Shown piece after piece: positions 49,550 to 59,155 of a stretch of DNA of 64,000 nt (positions are counted from its first letter, which is position 1; every line of letters starts with the position of its first letter). A program made the position numbers and the translations under genes. Source of the stretch: Candidatus Babeliales bacterium (GTDB taxonomy: Bacteria > Babelota > Babeliae > Babelales > Vermiphilaceae); NCBI GenBank assembly GCA_035940365.1, contig DASZEX010000033.1:1991-65990 (forward strand). Direction: 5' to 3'. The notes under the pieces are model-generated. The model was not told the origin of the DNA and ran no database searches. It worked only from the letters and a program-made list of their open reading frames with translations.

Positions 49550-51355
49550 TCAGGTATCTTTGTGATTTACATTAATAGTACATGCAGCGTCTGGTGGATA
49601 CATATATGATGAAAACATTTGGCTAATACGTGAAGGAAAAATCGCATATAATAGGTTTGCAAGAGAATCAGTACCTTTATTCCATATATAGCCTAAAAGT
49701 CCCGCAGATGGTATGGTAGGCACGGTTGATCCAGGGAAAAAGTATTTAGCAAAACGAATGCGATTATGATCAAATGTTATCTCTGTTAAACTGTTATACG
49801 TTAGAATAAGTGATTCAGGCGTTGTTGTTACTTGGTCAGTAGGAGATAAAGAAGGTATTATAGTAGTAGTATCTAAAGCTTCTGAGACTAATGAAGGATT
49901 AGTTATTTGTAATGTCGACAATGCTGTTGGATGCTGCTTTATTGTTTCTGTATGTTGAATGATGTCATTGTGTAGATTTTGTATTATTCTAGATCCCCCT
50001 AATTGTAATATGCGACGTATGTAATAGAATCCTCCTACAATAAAAGCCCAATACGTGATCGTTTTAATTCGCCACCAGGCAGGAAAAACTTTATAGGCAT
50101 ACATAAATTTGTTGCCAGATGGAAAATCATGGCTAAATGTTGCATCTATATTAGGCGGCAAATGGTGCAGGGAGAATGTAATTTCTTTTGATGGAGGTAT
50201 AGTATTGAGACCATCAAAATGGGCAGTAGGCTTTGCATCACATACTATTCTTGTCCGAGTGCAAAAGATTGGTTTGTGCAATGTAAAGCTATCAACATCA
50301 TAAAATCGCCGAATACTTTGATTATCACCGATTTTTATTGCTGAAAGACGAGATACATTTCCGGATTCGATGGCTTTTTGATATTGGCTTTCCTTTATAT
50401 ATCTGCACCATTCTACGATTAAAGGTAAATGTGTGCGGTCAAATGCATTACAAGCATACAAGCTTATAGGATTAAGCTGTTGTTTCAAGTCATCTTCACG
50501 CAAATACCAATAACATACATCAAAGTTGTGTAATGAAGTTACCGTTTTATTGATATTTACCTCACTACCATGTGAATAATCGCTGTTAGTAAAAAGACCA
50601 AGCGTAGTTGAATCATGTCCAAGCGCATCCATAAGTTTGCCAAATAATCTGCAAGCAGGATCATGTTGTTTCCATTTTTGCAATGCCAAAAAAAAGGGAT
50701 CAGAAAATTCGACTTTTTCTTTTAGATCAAAACAATATTTACGGTTTTTTTCGGTGTATCCTATTGCAGTTTTTTTTGTCACTTGGTACCACAAATCAGA
50801 TATGTTTGGGTTATACATAGCCATATATAAGGCACAACAAAATGATGTATGATCATTTTGATTATCCGCCTGCAAAGCCAATGATTTTTGCATTGGCTTA
50901 TCTACACTATCAAAGATTTGTTCATATAAAGTGAGCAAAGGTAGATTTTTATATATATCTTTAGGCCGAGCTTTTAATGTATTTGCAATCAAAAAAGGAA
51001 TAGCAAGAGATTGTTGGGCATGATTTCCTGCAGATAAAAAGTCGTTAAGCTTTTGCAAGGCGTATATATCATCACTCGTAATGGTACTATTTGAGGGGTT
51101 TTCATATGACCATGAACTTTGTTGATTATTTTCCAATGCAAAAAACTGTTTTATATGTTTATAGTTAAATTCTTGTAGTGTTATATTTTCTTGTTTCCAT
51201 TGAGTATTAGATTGCAATGAAAAAAATGAATATTTATTTGCAATAGTTGATGGAATAGTAATGTGACCATGAGGATGCTCAATAGCAGATGTTTTTTTGT
51301 TATCTTCCATACCAAGTAATGGCATAGCACTTAGTAGTATGTATATAATAAACAT
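49550..51355 (-). CDS. hypothetical membrane protein, paralog 2 (possible BTB-like N-domain)
   Basis: 601 aa; shares N-terminal third with 46999..48645, including a 74-nt identical run. Confidence 0.55.
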   Translation of the reverse strand: MFIIYILLSAMPLLGMEDNKKTSAIEHPHGHITIPSTIANKYSFFSLQSNTQWKQENITLQEFNYKHIKQFFALENNQQSSWSYENPSNSTITSDDIYALQKLNDFLSAGNHAQQSLAIPFLIANTLKARPKDIYKNLPLLTLYEQIFDSVDKPMQKSLALQADNQNDHTSFCCALYMAMYNPNISDLWYQVTKKTAIGYTEKNRKYCFDLKEKVEFSDPFFLALQKWKQHDPACRLFGKLMDALGHDSTTLGLFTNSDYSHGSEVNINKTVTSLHNFDVCYWYLREDDLKQQLNPISLYACNAFDRTHLPLIVEWCRYIKESQYQKAIESGNVSRLSAIKIGDNQSIRRFYDVDSFTLHKPIFCTRTRIVCDAKPTAHFDGLNTIPPSKEITFSLHHLPPNIDATFSHDFPSGNKFMYAYKVFPAWWRIKTITYWAFIVGGFYYIRRILQLGGSRIIQNLHNDIIQHTETIKQHPTALSTLQITNPSLVSEALDTTTIIPSLSPTDQVTTTPESLILTYNSLTEITFDHNRIRFAKYFFPGSTVPTIPSAGLLGYIWNKGTDSLANLLYAIFPSRISQMFSSYMYPPDAACTINVNHKDT

Positions 51356-51493
51356 GTATATAGCTTTTATGTAATAAAATATCCTTTAGTGTAGAGATAT
51401 TTTCATTTCTTTCAAGAATATTACATACTATTTATTATCTAAAAATCGTAGGTATACTAAATATATATATTACACAAGTGAGGTACCGTCAGG

Positions 51494-52828
51494 ATGATTA
51501 CTATTACCAATACTCGTTCAGGATTAAAGGAACAGTTTATACCTCATACACCAGGTAATGTGACCATGTATGTGTGTGGTATTACGCCCTATGATAGAGC
51601 GCATATTGGTCATGGAAGATGTTATACATCATTTGATTTATTATATAGGTTATTACTTTTTTATAGTTACAAGGTACAATATTGCCGCAATTTTACTGAT
51701 ATTGATGATAAATTGCTCAAGCGGGCACAAGAACACTATGGCGATCAGAAACGGTATCATGAAATTGCAACTATGTATATGTATGCATACCACGAAGATA
51801 TGCAAAAACTTAATTGCCTCAAACCTACCTATGAGCCGCGAGTTACTGATCATATTCCTGCTATTATTTCTTTTATAGAGCAATTAATCAATAAAGGATA
51901 TGCATATCAGGTAGGCGGTGATGTTTATTTTCATATTGAAGCATTTCCTTCCTATGGAGCTTTATCAAAACATACGCTTGAGGATTTATATGCTGGTGCA
52001 CGCGTTGAAGTAATAGCTGGCAAAAAAAATCCTTTAGATTTTGCGTTATGGAAGAAGGAGCCAAAAGGTCAATTTTGGCAAAGTCCATGGGGTTATGGAA
52101 GACCGGGTTGGCATATTGAATGTTCAGTGCTAGCTCATGAATATTTGGGTGATTATGTTGATATTCATGCTGGCGGGCTTGATTTGGTATTTCCCCACCA
52201 TGAAAATGAAATAGCGCAATCGGAAGCCTTGCTTGGCCATATATTTGGCACTTATTGGATGCATAATGGGTTTGTGCAGATTAATAAAGAAAAAATGTCT
52301 AAATCATTAGGTAACTTTTTTACGTTGGAGCAAATATTTCAACAGTTTGATCCTATGATTATACGGTATTATTTCTTGACGCATCATTATAGAGCTCCGC
52401 TTGAATTTGCAATCGATGATATTGCTGCAGCGCAAAAAGCATACAAACGCCTATTGCGGGTATTTAACAAGATAGAAAGTAAAAAAGTAACCATTGACAT
52501 GCTCAGCGAGTATCCTATTGCTATGCAAATGATAGAAGCATTGTCCAACGATCTTAATACCCCCGCATTACTGGGAATTATATTTGAATCATTACATATG
52601 CTAAGCTCAGATATACAACAGTTAGAAATTATCAAATATATTCTGAAAGATATAGTAGGCTTAACCTTGCAGCCGTTGCCAGAAACAGAAATATCAATTA
52701 CGCCAGAAATTGAAGCTCTTATACAAAAAAGAGATGCTGCGCGCGCAGCCAAAGACTGGAAGATGGCTGATGCATTGCGCGATCAACTGCGCAGTTTAGG
52801 TTTTGAAGTACATGACACAAAGAAATAA
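51494..52828 (+). CDS. cysS: cysteine--tRNA ligase
   Basis: 444 aa; HIGH-type AHIGHGRCY, WGYGRPGWHIECS, KMSKSLGN. Confidence 0.95.
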   Translation: MITITNTRSGLKEQFIPHTPGNVTMYVCGITPYDRAHIGHGRCYTSFDLLYRLLLFYSYKVQYCRNFTDIDDKLLKRAQEHYGDQKRYHEIATMYMYAYHEDMQKLNCLKPTYEPRVTDHIPAIISFIEQLINKGYAYQVGGDVYFHIEAFPSYGALSKHTLEDLYAGARVEVIAGKKNPLDFALWKKEPKGQFWQSPWGYGRPGWHIECSVLAHEYLGDYVDIHAGGLDLVFPHHENEIAQSEALLGHIFGTYWMHNGFVQINKEKMSKSLGNFFTLEQIFQQFDPMIIRYYFLTHHYRAPLEFAIDDIAAAQKAYKRLLRVFNKIESKKVTIDMLSEYPIAMQMIEALSNDLNTPALLGIIFESLHMLSSDIQQLEIIKYILKDIVGLTLQPLPETEISITPEIEALIQKRDAARAAKDWKMADALRDQLRSLGFEVHDTKK

Positions 52829-52837
52829 TATACGATT

Positions 52838-52996
52838 TTATATTTTTTTCGCTTGAGGCATAGTTTTCACTTGTGTAATAGGTGATGTAGATGTTATTTG
52901 TTTTGGTTTTTGATACAAATGTATAAGCACAATACTACTACACAATAATGATGTTATAATGAGCAGTATTTGTTTATTTTGTACATGATTATCCAT
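52838..52996 (-). CDS. small single-pass membrane protein
   Basis: 52 aa from MDNHVQNKQILLIITSLLCSSIVLIHLY; strong SD AAAGGAGG upstream; the longer track ORF (53089) lacks an SD. Confidence 0.45.
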   Translation of the reverse strand: MDNHVQNKQILLIITSLLCSSIVLIHLYQKPKQITSTSPITQVKTMPQAKKI

Positions 52997-53101
52997 GATA
53001 CCTCCTTTTTTATTAATTGATGCATTGATGCATTTATAGTGAGTATATCTCATTACTGATATAAGATACAATAAAAAATAATTATACAAATAGAACTTGG
53101 T

Positions 53102-53854
53102 TTATTTAATTAGTATGCTGCGGAATATAGCAACGCTTAATGCCGCTGCGAGTGATGAACGAAGTATAGTAGGGGTTAAAGCGCAAAAAGTAATACCTTG
53201 TTTATGCAAGAAAGCTTTTTCATCAGTAGTTAAATCACCTTCGGGGCCAATGATAATAGTTATAGATTGCGGTTTATTTGCAAGTACTGTTTCTATAAGC
53301 GTATATAATGGTATTCCTTCTGGATCTAAGAAAATATAAAAGCTTTTCGGATTATGTATAATAAGTTCTTGTAAAGATACAGGACTATATACCGTAGGTA
53401 ATTTAAAATATTTTGATTGTTCTGCAGCCGCAATAATACAACGCTCAATTCTTTCTTTGTCCTTTTTGGTCCAAATTCCTTGTGTTTTTTGTGTATATAC
53501 CAGATTAATAGTAGAGACTCCTGCCGCAGTGGTCATTGTGACCGCATCAGACAAATCATCTTTTTTTAATAAGGGTAAGTATACATGTATAGGAGGTAAT
53601 AATTCTTTGTTGTCTGCTTGAGAAAGTTGTAAAACTTCAACTGAATGTTTAGATATATGTTCAATTATGACTTTTGTATGCAAGTTCGCATCAAAAAAAA
53701 TAATATGATCGCCAGGTTTTAGGCGTATTACTGATATAATACGAGATACAATATCTTTTTGAGTAATGGAAAAACGGGTGTTAATAATAGCAGAAAGATT
53801 GGCAATAAAAAGAGCAAATTCATGGATATTGGTAGATTGATTTTTGTATTTCAT
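53102..53854 (-). CDS. rsmE: 16S rRNA (uracil1498-N3)-methyltransferase RsmE
   Basis: 250 aa; IIIGPEGDLTTDEKAFL...LTPTILRSSLAAALSVAI matches the RsmE GPEGGfs..E...LG..ILR.ETA block. Confidence 0.8.
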   Translation of the reverse strand: MKYKNQSTNIHEFALFIANLSAIINTRFSITQKDIVSRIISVIRLKPGDHIIFFDANLHTKVIIEHISKHSVEVLQLSQADNKELLPPIHVYLPLLKKDDLSDAVTMTTAAGVSTINLVYTQKTQGIWTKKDKERIERCIIAAAEQSKYFKLPTVYSPVSLQELIIHNPKSFYIFLDPEGIPLYTLIETVLANKPQSITIIIGPEGDLTTDEKAFLHKQGITFCALTPTILRSSLAAALSVAIFRSILIK

Positions 53855-53857
53855 AGG

Positions 53858-54226
53858 TTATATCTTATGTAGTTTGGTATGCATTATTGTGTCTATATGG
53901 TTATAAAGATGAGTGCCCTTTGTATAAAGAGATTCTTTAATAATAAGATAATTAATGTAACAGCTATATAAAAAATAATTGAAATAATACGCAAAGTGAG
54001 CCAATAAGCCTTCATTTTCTATATTTTGTTCAGTTTCAATACGGGTACTATCTGAAATATCTGCGTCAATAGCAAAATCATCAATGTCATATTCCTGGAT
54101 ATCTTCATCTAAAGGGTCTATATTATATTTCATATCGATTGCATTAGATTCAATGTTGTTATTCGTATTTGTAGATACAGAATAATAAGTAAAGCATAAA
54201 AATATAATTACTATTTTTTTGTACAT
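53858..54226 (-). CDS. hypothetical secreted acidic protein
   Basis: Start at MYKKIVIIFLCF (SD AGGGA); acidic D/E-rich middle. Confidence 0.4.
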   Translation of the reverse strand: MYKKIVIIFLCFTYYSVSTNTNNNIESNAIDMKYNIDPLDEDIQEYDIDDFAIDADISDSTRIETEQNIENEGLLAHFAYYFNYFLYSCYINYLIIKESLYTKGTHLYNHIDTIMHTKLHKI

Positions 54227-54456
54227 GTTTAAAATCCCTGTTATTTTCATTATTTTTGTATAAAAAAGTTAATATTCTGCATAGATGTTTATTTTAGTAT
54301 CTATGTATAATCAAGATTATAGATGGTTATGCGTCTAGTATAGGGGATATAAGACAGACTTGAAAAGAAGTTTTTTTAATTGAAAAAAAATTATTGCAAT
54401 AACCAAATTATTATTTTGTATAATAAAAATAAATAATCACATTTGTGGAGAAAATT

Positions 54457-54738
54457 ATGAATGCTACCTATCTAAATGTTTTTATTATAACATTGATTAT
54501 ATGTTTGCTTGGCGGAACTATAGTATATAGTATGCAAAAACAGCAACATATACTGAGTCCCGCAAAACAAACTATGTATGCTTGGATGCAAAGAAACAAG
54601 CCATGGCTTCATTACAGCTCCCCTGGGCTTGCGCTTTTTACTCTCAGCAAAACGGGAGTACAAAAAAGCTCACAAGCTATAAGTAATTTTTATCGAACCA
54701 TGTGGTTAAAGCAAGATATACCACCAAAAAGCCAATAA
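54457..54738 (+). CDS. hypothetical small membrane protein
   Basis: ATG after GTGGAG; N-terminal TM. Confidence 0.4.
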   Translation: MNATYLNVFIITLIICLLGGTIVYSMQKQQHILSPAKQTMYAWMQRNKPWLHYSSPGLALFTLSKTGVQKSSQAISNFYRTMWLKQDIPPKSQ

Positions 54739-54748
54739 AAATATTTAA

Positions 54749-55024
54749 TTACGATGCTTGTTGCTGGCTCCCGCGTGGAAAATTATAATCAAGATCTTGG
54801 TTGAAATCTAAAGCGCGGCCCACATGAGCATTAACAATTCTTCTTTGCATATACCTATATGCAATAGGGGTTTGTGGAAGACGGATATTTTGTTGTTGTG
54901 AATACTGTTCCGGTGAACCATAATATGGTTGTTGGTTTGGTCGTGGTGGTGAATCATATTCCATTGCCATTGCAGCTGATGTAACTAATACAGCAAAAAG
55001 TAGTATATGTTTTGACATAAACAT
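54749..55024 (-). CDS. hypothetical small secreted Gln/Pro-rich protein
   Basis: 91 aa, signal peptide ending AMA, Q/P/Y-rich mature part. Confidence 0.4.
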   Translation of the reverse strand: MFMSKHILLFAVLVTSAAMAMEYDSPPRPNQQPYYGSPEQYSQQQNIRLPQTPIAYRYMQRRIVNAHVGRALDFNQDLDYNFPRGSQQQAS

Positions 55025-55161
55025 CCTTTAATAAAAGTGTTTTTAAAGCTATAATTTTCGGGCATTTTCTTTTACCTGTCAAGTTTTATATTTTTACCTA
55101 CTATCCATGTACATTAGGTGATCAGTAAGCGTATGCTAATATGCATATAAAGGAGTTTTGC

Positions 55162-56676
55162 ATGCATAATAATCCAGTAATGCTTATTATTTTGGATGGT
55201 TTTGGCTATAGCAATGATACGCAATATAATGCCATATACAAAGCACAAATGCCTTATTTTAAGCAATGGATGCATGAGTATCCGCACGCACTATTACATG
55301 CAGCTGGGAACTATGTTGGATTGCCAGACGGTTATATAGGAAATTCAGAAGTTGGACATGAAACAATTGGTGCAGGTCGTATTATTGAGCAACCTATTAC
55401 GCATGTTAACAATGAAATACAAAATGGTAATTTTTTCAAAGATTCACTATTACAGGAAAAACTAAAACAATTAGCAAAATCTGGTCATGCATTGCATATT
55501 ATAGGATTACTTTCTGATGCAGGAGTACATGCACATATTGAACATATGTATGCATATATGTATGCTGCAGTGCAAGCAGGTATACAACGTATATATGTGC
55601 ATCCTATTTTGGATGGTAGAGATACAAAACCATGCTCAGCTGAAAACTTTTTAACAGAATTACAAAAAAAAACAGAAGAATGTGGAGCTATTATTGCATC
55701 AATGCATGGACGCTTTTATGCTATGGACCGCAATGCCAATTGGGATAGAACTTTGCAAAGCTATCGTGTATTAACACAAAAGCCTTCACATATAACAACA
55801 ATAACATGGTCAGAAGTACTTGAAACTAATTATGCACAAAGCAATACCGATGAATTTATAGTCCCGACGTTGCTTGATCCAAAAGGTATTGTACAGCCAA
55901 AAGATGGTATTATTTTTACTAACATTCGTGCTGACCGTGCTCGGCAACTTACTCGTTGTTTTATTGCACCACAGACAGTGCCGCAGCTTTATAAATCAAT
56001 GCCACTTAGTTTTTTTATTACCCCATATTCTTATGGTGTTGATATACATACTGACATATTATATATGCATCCTATAATTACCAATACATTAAAAGAAGTG
56101 CTCAGCAAGGCAGGTTGTTCTTTATTTTCTATAGCAGAAACAGAAAAATATGCGCATATAACCTATTTTTTTAATGGACAAAAAGAATCAAGCGTGCCAA
56201 ACGAAATACGTCATTTAGTGCCATCCAAGACAGTCAGGGATTATAGTAAATTACCCGCAATGAGTGCGCCAGAAATAACCAAAGCAGTACTACGTTCGCT
56301 TATGCATGAGCCACGAGATTTTTATTTAATAAATTATGCAAATCCAGATATGGTTGGTCATTCAGGTAATTTTGATGCCACAGTACAAGCGCTTGAAATT
56401 GTGGATGAACAATTGGGTCAATTATATGCAGTTGCCGTTTTGCAAATGGGTGGTACGCTATTTATTACTGGAGATCATGGTAAGGCAGAATCTATGGCTG
56501 ATCCCGAGTCTGGTAATCCAATTACTGCACATACTACCAATGATGTACCTTTTGTGATAGTGACAGCCACATTGCCGTCAGCAGAAAATATAAATGCACC
56601 ACTCACACAATTGGCTGATATTGCACCATGTATATTAACGCAAATGGGTATACCGGTACCACCAGAAATGAAATGA
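55162..56676 (+). CDS. gpmI: 2,3-bisphosphoglycerate-independent phosphoglycerate mutase
   Basis: Start at ATG 55162 after AAGGAG; LIILDGFGYS, GNSEVGHETIGAGR, DGRDT, NYANPDMVGHSG, ITGDHG. Confidence 0.95.
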   Translation: MHNNPVMLIILDGFGYSNDTQYNAIYKAQMPYFKQWMHEYPHALLHAAGNYVGLPDGYIGNSEVGHETIGAGRIIEQPITHVNNEIQNGNFFKDSLLQEKLKQLAKSGHALHIIGLLSDAGVHAHIEHMYAYMYAAVQAGIQRIYVHPILDGRDTKPCSAENFLTELQKKTEECGAIIASMHGRFYAMDRNANWDRTLQSYRVLTQKPSHITTITWSEVLETNYAQSNTDEFIVPTLLDPKGIVQPKDGIIFTNIRADRARQLTRCFIAPQTVPQLYKSMPLSFFITPYSYGVDIHTDILYMHPIITNTLKEVLSKAGCSLFSIAETEKYAHITYFFNGQKESSVPNEIRHLVPSKTVRDYSKLPAMSAPEITKAVLRSLMHEPRDFYLINYANPDMVGHSGNFDATVQALEIVDEQLGQLYAVAVLQMGGTLFITGDHGKAESMADPESGNPITAHTTNDVPFVIVTATLPSAENINAPLTQLADIAPCILTQMGIPVPPEMK

Positions 56677-56685
56677 GAATAATTT

Positions 56686-56715
56686 CGTGGAGATGTTCTT
56701 GTAAACACCTCCACG
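56686..56715. other. GC-rich hairpin at start of a ~130-nt GC-rich intergenic island
   Basis: CGTGGAG-a-TGTT cttgta AACA-c-CTCCACG, 10 nt after the gpmI stop; no T-run follows, so not a canonical terminator. Confidence 0.4.
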
Positions 56716-56775
56716 CCTCCGTACACAAACAGTTCCTTTTGATCCCTGTCGGCGTAACTCACAACCAGCGCCTTT

Positions 56776-56811
56776 GGCTAAGTTGTTCAAACATTGACGC
56801 CTCAATAAGAA
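56776..56811. repeat. copy 2 of the ~32-nt conserved box (see 22984-23018)
   Basis: 29/32 identity with copy 1 across GGCTAAGTTGYTCAAACAWTGACGCCTYAATA. Confidence 0.6.
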
Positions 56812-56842
56812 TTAATTTCTATTAATACTTATGTATAAATTT

Positions 56843-57714
56843 CTATTCTTCACCATATGGGCCAAGTTTTTCTTTAATTTTATCTTGTGCTTGCCATGCG
56901 CGCAAAAGTGGATAAGGATGTTGAGGATCTTTGATATTCAATAATTTTTGATCTAAATGTCCCTTGAGCATCTTTGATTCAAGGCCCATAAGGGCTTCAA
57001 TATCATTACTATTAAGTACTTCAGCGTCAGCTTCAAATTCCATTTTTTGCATATTATTATAATATTCTTGGAGAGTTATTTCGGATTTTACATATTTATC
57101 ATACAGCAAGCGTAACTTATCAGAATCATTATGTTTTAAATGCGCATATTCATGAAGAATACTTGATTTAATTTCGAATGGATGCAGTGAATGAGAATAA
57201 GGTTTGTAAAAATATCGGATAATTGGATCACCCAAAAAAAATTATAATAAAGTAATTGCCATATATTTGGATTGTTTATTTTTTTAAATTCTTTCCACGA
57301 TAATAATTTAGCCTTATTTTTTTTTATTGATTTGATAATAGAAGGATGTATAAATATATATTTATTATTTGTATAGGGTGATTGATTAGAAGCAAAAGGG
57401 TTATCCAAATTAGCTTGAATTACAATAACAGATGGGTCTTGTGTAATTTGATGTACATAATTCTGTATTTCTTGGTCAGCAAAGCGCCATCCAGGATAAT
57501 ATTTATCTGCAATTGCTTTATCTATTTCTATAGGATTATCTTTTTCTAGGTTGCTTATTGTTTTTTTGGCTGCGGATGTTGGCAGAAAAAATAATGAGAA
57601 TGAGTGTTTTAATCTATTTATAAATTCCAATCTAGGCTGTATTGGTTCATTATGAGCAATTAAACGAACTACTAATATAAAAAATATACATAATGCTCTT
57701 ATTGCTTGTTTCAT
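56843..57714 (-). pseudogene. exported HExxH metallopeptidase paralog, frame broken at a T8 (plus-strand A8) tract
   Basis: ORFs 57136..57714 (N-part) and 56843..57235 (C-part with ILHEYAHLKHND) join into one 290-aa frame if the run at 57234-57241 were 9 nt (...LLYYNFFLGDPIIRYFYKPYSHSLHPFE...); collinear with intact paralog 58274..59155. Confidence 0.7.
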
Positions 57715-57842
57715 TAGGCCTCCATTTATTATTATAAGTATAACAAGAATAAGAAAATAATTTCAATATACAATAAAAACTTGATTTAATATAATAAATA
57801 TATGTAGATATGATATTATTATCAACATAACGTATAAAAAAT

Positions 57843-58175
57843 TTAACGTGATCGTTTAAATATTTCGTGTGGATCTTTGCCAAGTAAAGCACATAAATGC
57901 GCTAAGCTGGCTAAGGTAATATTGGCTTCACCTTTTTGAATTTTTGCCACTTTACTTGGACTCCAATCTAATTTTCTCACCAAATCATTAAAGCCAATTT
58001 TGTTGATTTTCATATAATCATTCATAATATCAGAAATCATTTTCTGTATTGTTTGAAGGTAACGAACTTCCAATGCTGCTTGAGCTTCTATGGTAGCTAT
58101 TTCATTCTTATTAAGTCTTTGTTCTAAGTATTTTTGAAAGCTTTTTGTTTTCATAGTTTTTTCATAATTATCCAT
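57843..58175 (-). CDS. XRE-family helix-turn-helix transcriptional regulator
   Basis: 110 aa; C-terminal LVRKLDWSPSKVAKIQKGEANITLASLAHLCALLGKDPHEIF is a Cro/C1-type HTH. Confidence 0.75.
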   Translation of the reverse strand: MDNYEKTMKTKSFQKYLEQRLNKNEIATIEAQAALEVRYLQTIQKMISDIMNDYMKINKIGFNDLVRKLDWSPSKVAKIQKGEANITLASLAHLCALLGKDPHEIFKRSR

Positions 58176-58273
58176 GTAATATATATTTTATATTATACTA
58201 CATTATATTATATTATAATCTATAATATTTTGATAAAAACTATCCAAAATGGTTTGAATGAAACGAGAATAGC

Positions 58274-59155
58274 TTATTCCTCGCCATATGGGCCAAGTTT
58301 TTCTTTAATTTTATCTTGTGCTTGCCATGCGCGCAAAAGTGGATAGGGATGGTGTGGGTCTTTTATATTATGAATTTTTTTATTTAAGTGGGATTTAAGC
58401 ATACTAGATTCTACTCCCATTAATATATGGATATCATTACTTTTAAGTACTTCAGTATCAGCTTCTTTTTCTAATTTTTGCCTTTGTCTGTAATATTCTT
58501 CTGCAGTTATTTCTGATTTTTTATATTTATTATTAAGTTTTCTTATTTTTGCAGTATCATCATGTTGTAAATGTGCATATTCATGCAAGATTATTGTATC
58601 AATTTCCCATGGATGTAAGGTATTGTAGAATTTTCCTCGTATTATTTGATGAATAAGATTATGTAGAGATGGTGTTTCTTTAGTGAAAAGTAGATCCGAT
58701 GATTTATCATATTCATTTATAGTTTTAAATTCTTTCCAAGATAGCAATATGTTGTTATGAGATTTATTTTTTAGTATTTGAATGATTGCAGAGTTTAATA
58801 TAATATATTTATTATTTGTATAAGGAGATTTCAAAGATGTAGGGTCCATGCCATTCGTTTCAATTACTACGATGGACGGATCTTTAGTTAATGTTGCTAC
58901 ATAATTCTGAATTTCTTTATCTGCAAAGCGCCAGCCATTTGGAAAAAAAGAGTTACTATTAAATGCTTCAAGATCTATGGCAAAATTTGCACCAAAAAAT
59001 GGAATTGAAGGCCGTTTAATAGGAAAAAATCTTCTTTTTATACGTGACCAAAGGTCAATTTGTTTGAATATTAAAGGCCTTTTATCTTGAGCATATAAGT
59101 TTATAGATACGGTAAATAGTATATACAATCTATATGCTCTTATTGCTTGTTTCAT
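58274..59155 (-). CDS. exported zinc metallopeptidase (HExxH; M48/M56-like motif HEYAHLQHDD)
   Basis: Start at MKQAIRAYRLYILFTVSINLYAQ (SD GGAG); HExxH at ILHEYAHLQHDD, downstream acidic EKEADTE; intact paralog of 56843..57714. Confidence 0.6.
   Translation of the reverse strand: MKQAIRAYRLYILFTVSINLYAQDKRPLIFKQIDLWSRIKRRFFPIKRPSIPFFGANFAIDLEAFNSNSFFPNGWRFADKEIQNYVATLTKDPSIVVIETNGMDPTSLKSPYTNNKYIILNSAIIQILKNKSHNNILLSWKEFKTINEYDKSSDLLFTKETPSLHNLIHQIIRGKFYNTLHPWEIDTIILHEYAHLQHDDTAKIRKLNNKYKKSEITAEEYYRQRQKLEKEADTEVLKSNDIHILMGVESSMLKSHLNKKIHNIKDPHHPYPLLRAWQAQDKIKEKLGPYGEE

Noticed and set aside
56686-56820. GC-rich island considered as SRP (4.5S) RNA or a tRNA
   Set aside because: The minus strand has CAGGGAUCAAAAGGAAC, superficially like SRP domain IV. 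However, the conserved GGAA tetraloop and the AGCA of the symmetric loop are absent. No cloverleaf or T-loop with a paired stem could be drawn. It is kept only as an unassigned element.
58207-58219. 13-nt palindrome ATTATATTATAAT upstream of the XRE gene as a candidate operator
   Set aside because: It is composed only of A/T in an extremely AT-rich spacer, where such dyads are expected by chance. It is not distinguishable from -10-like promoter sequence.
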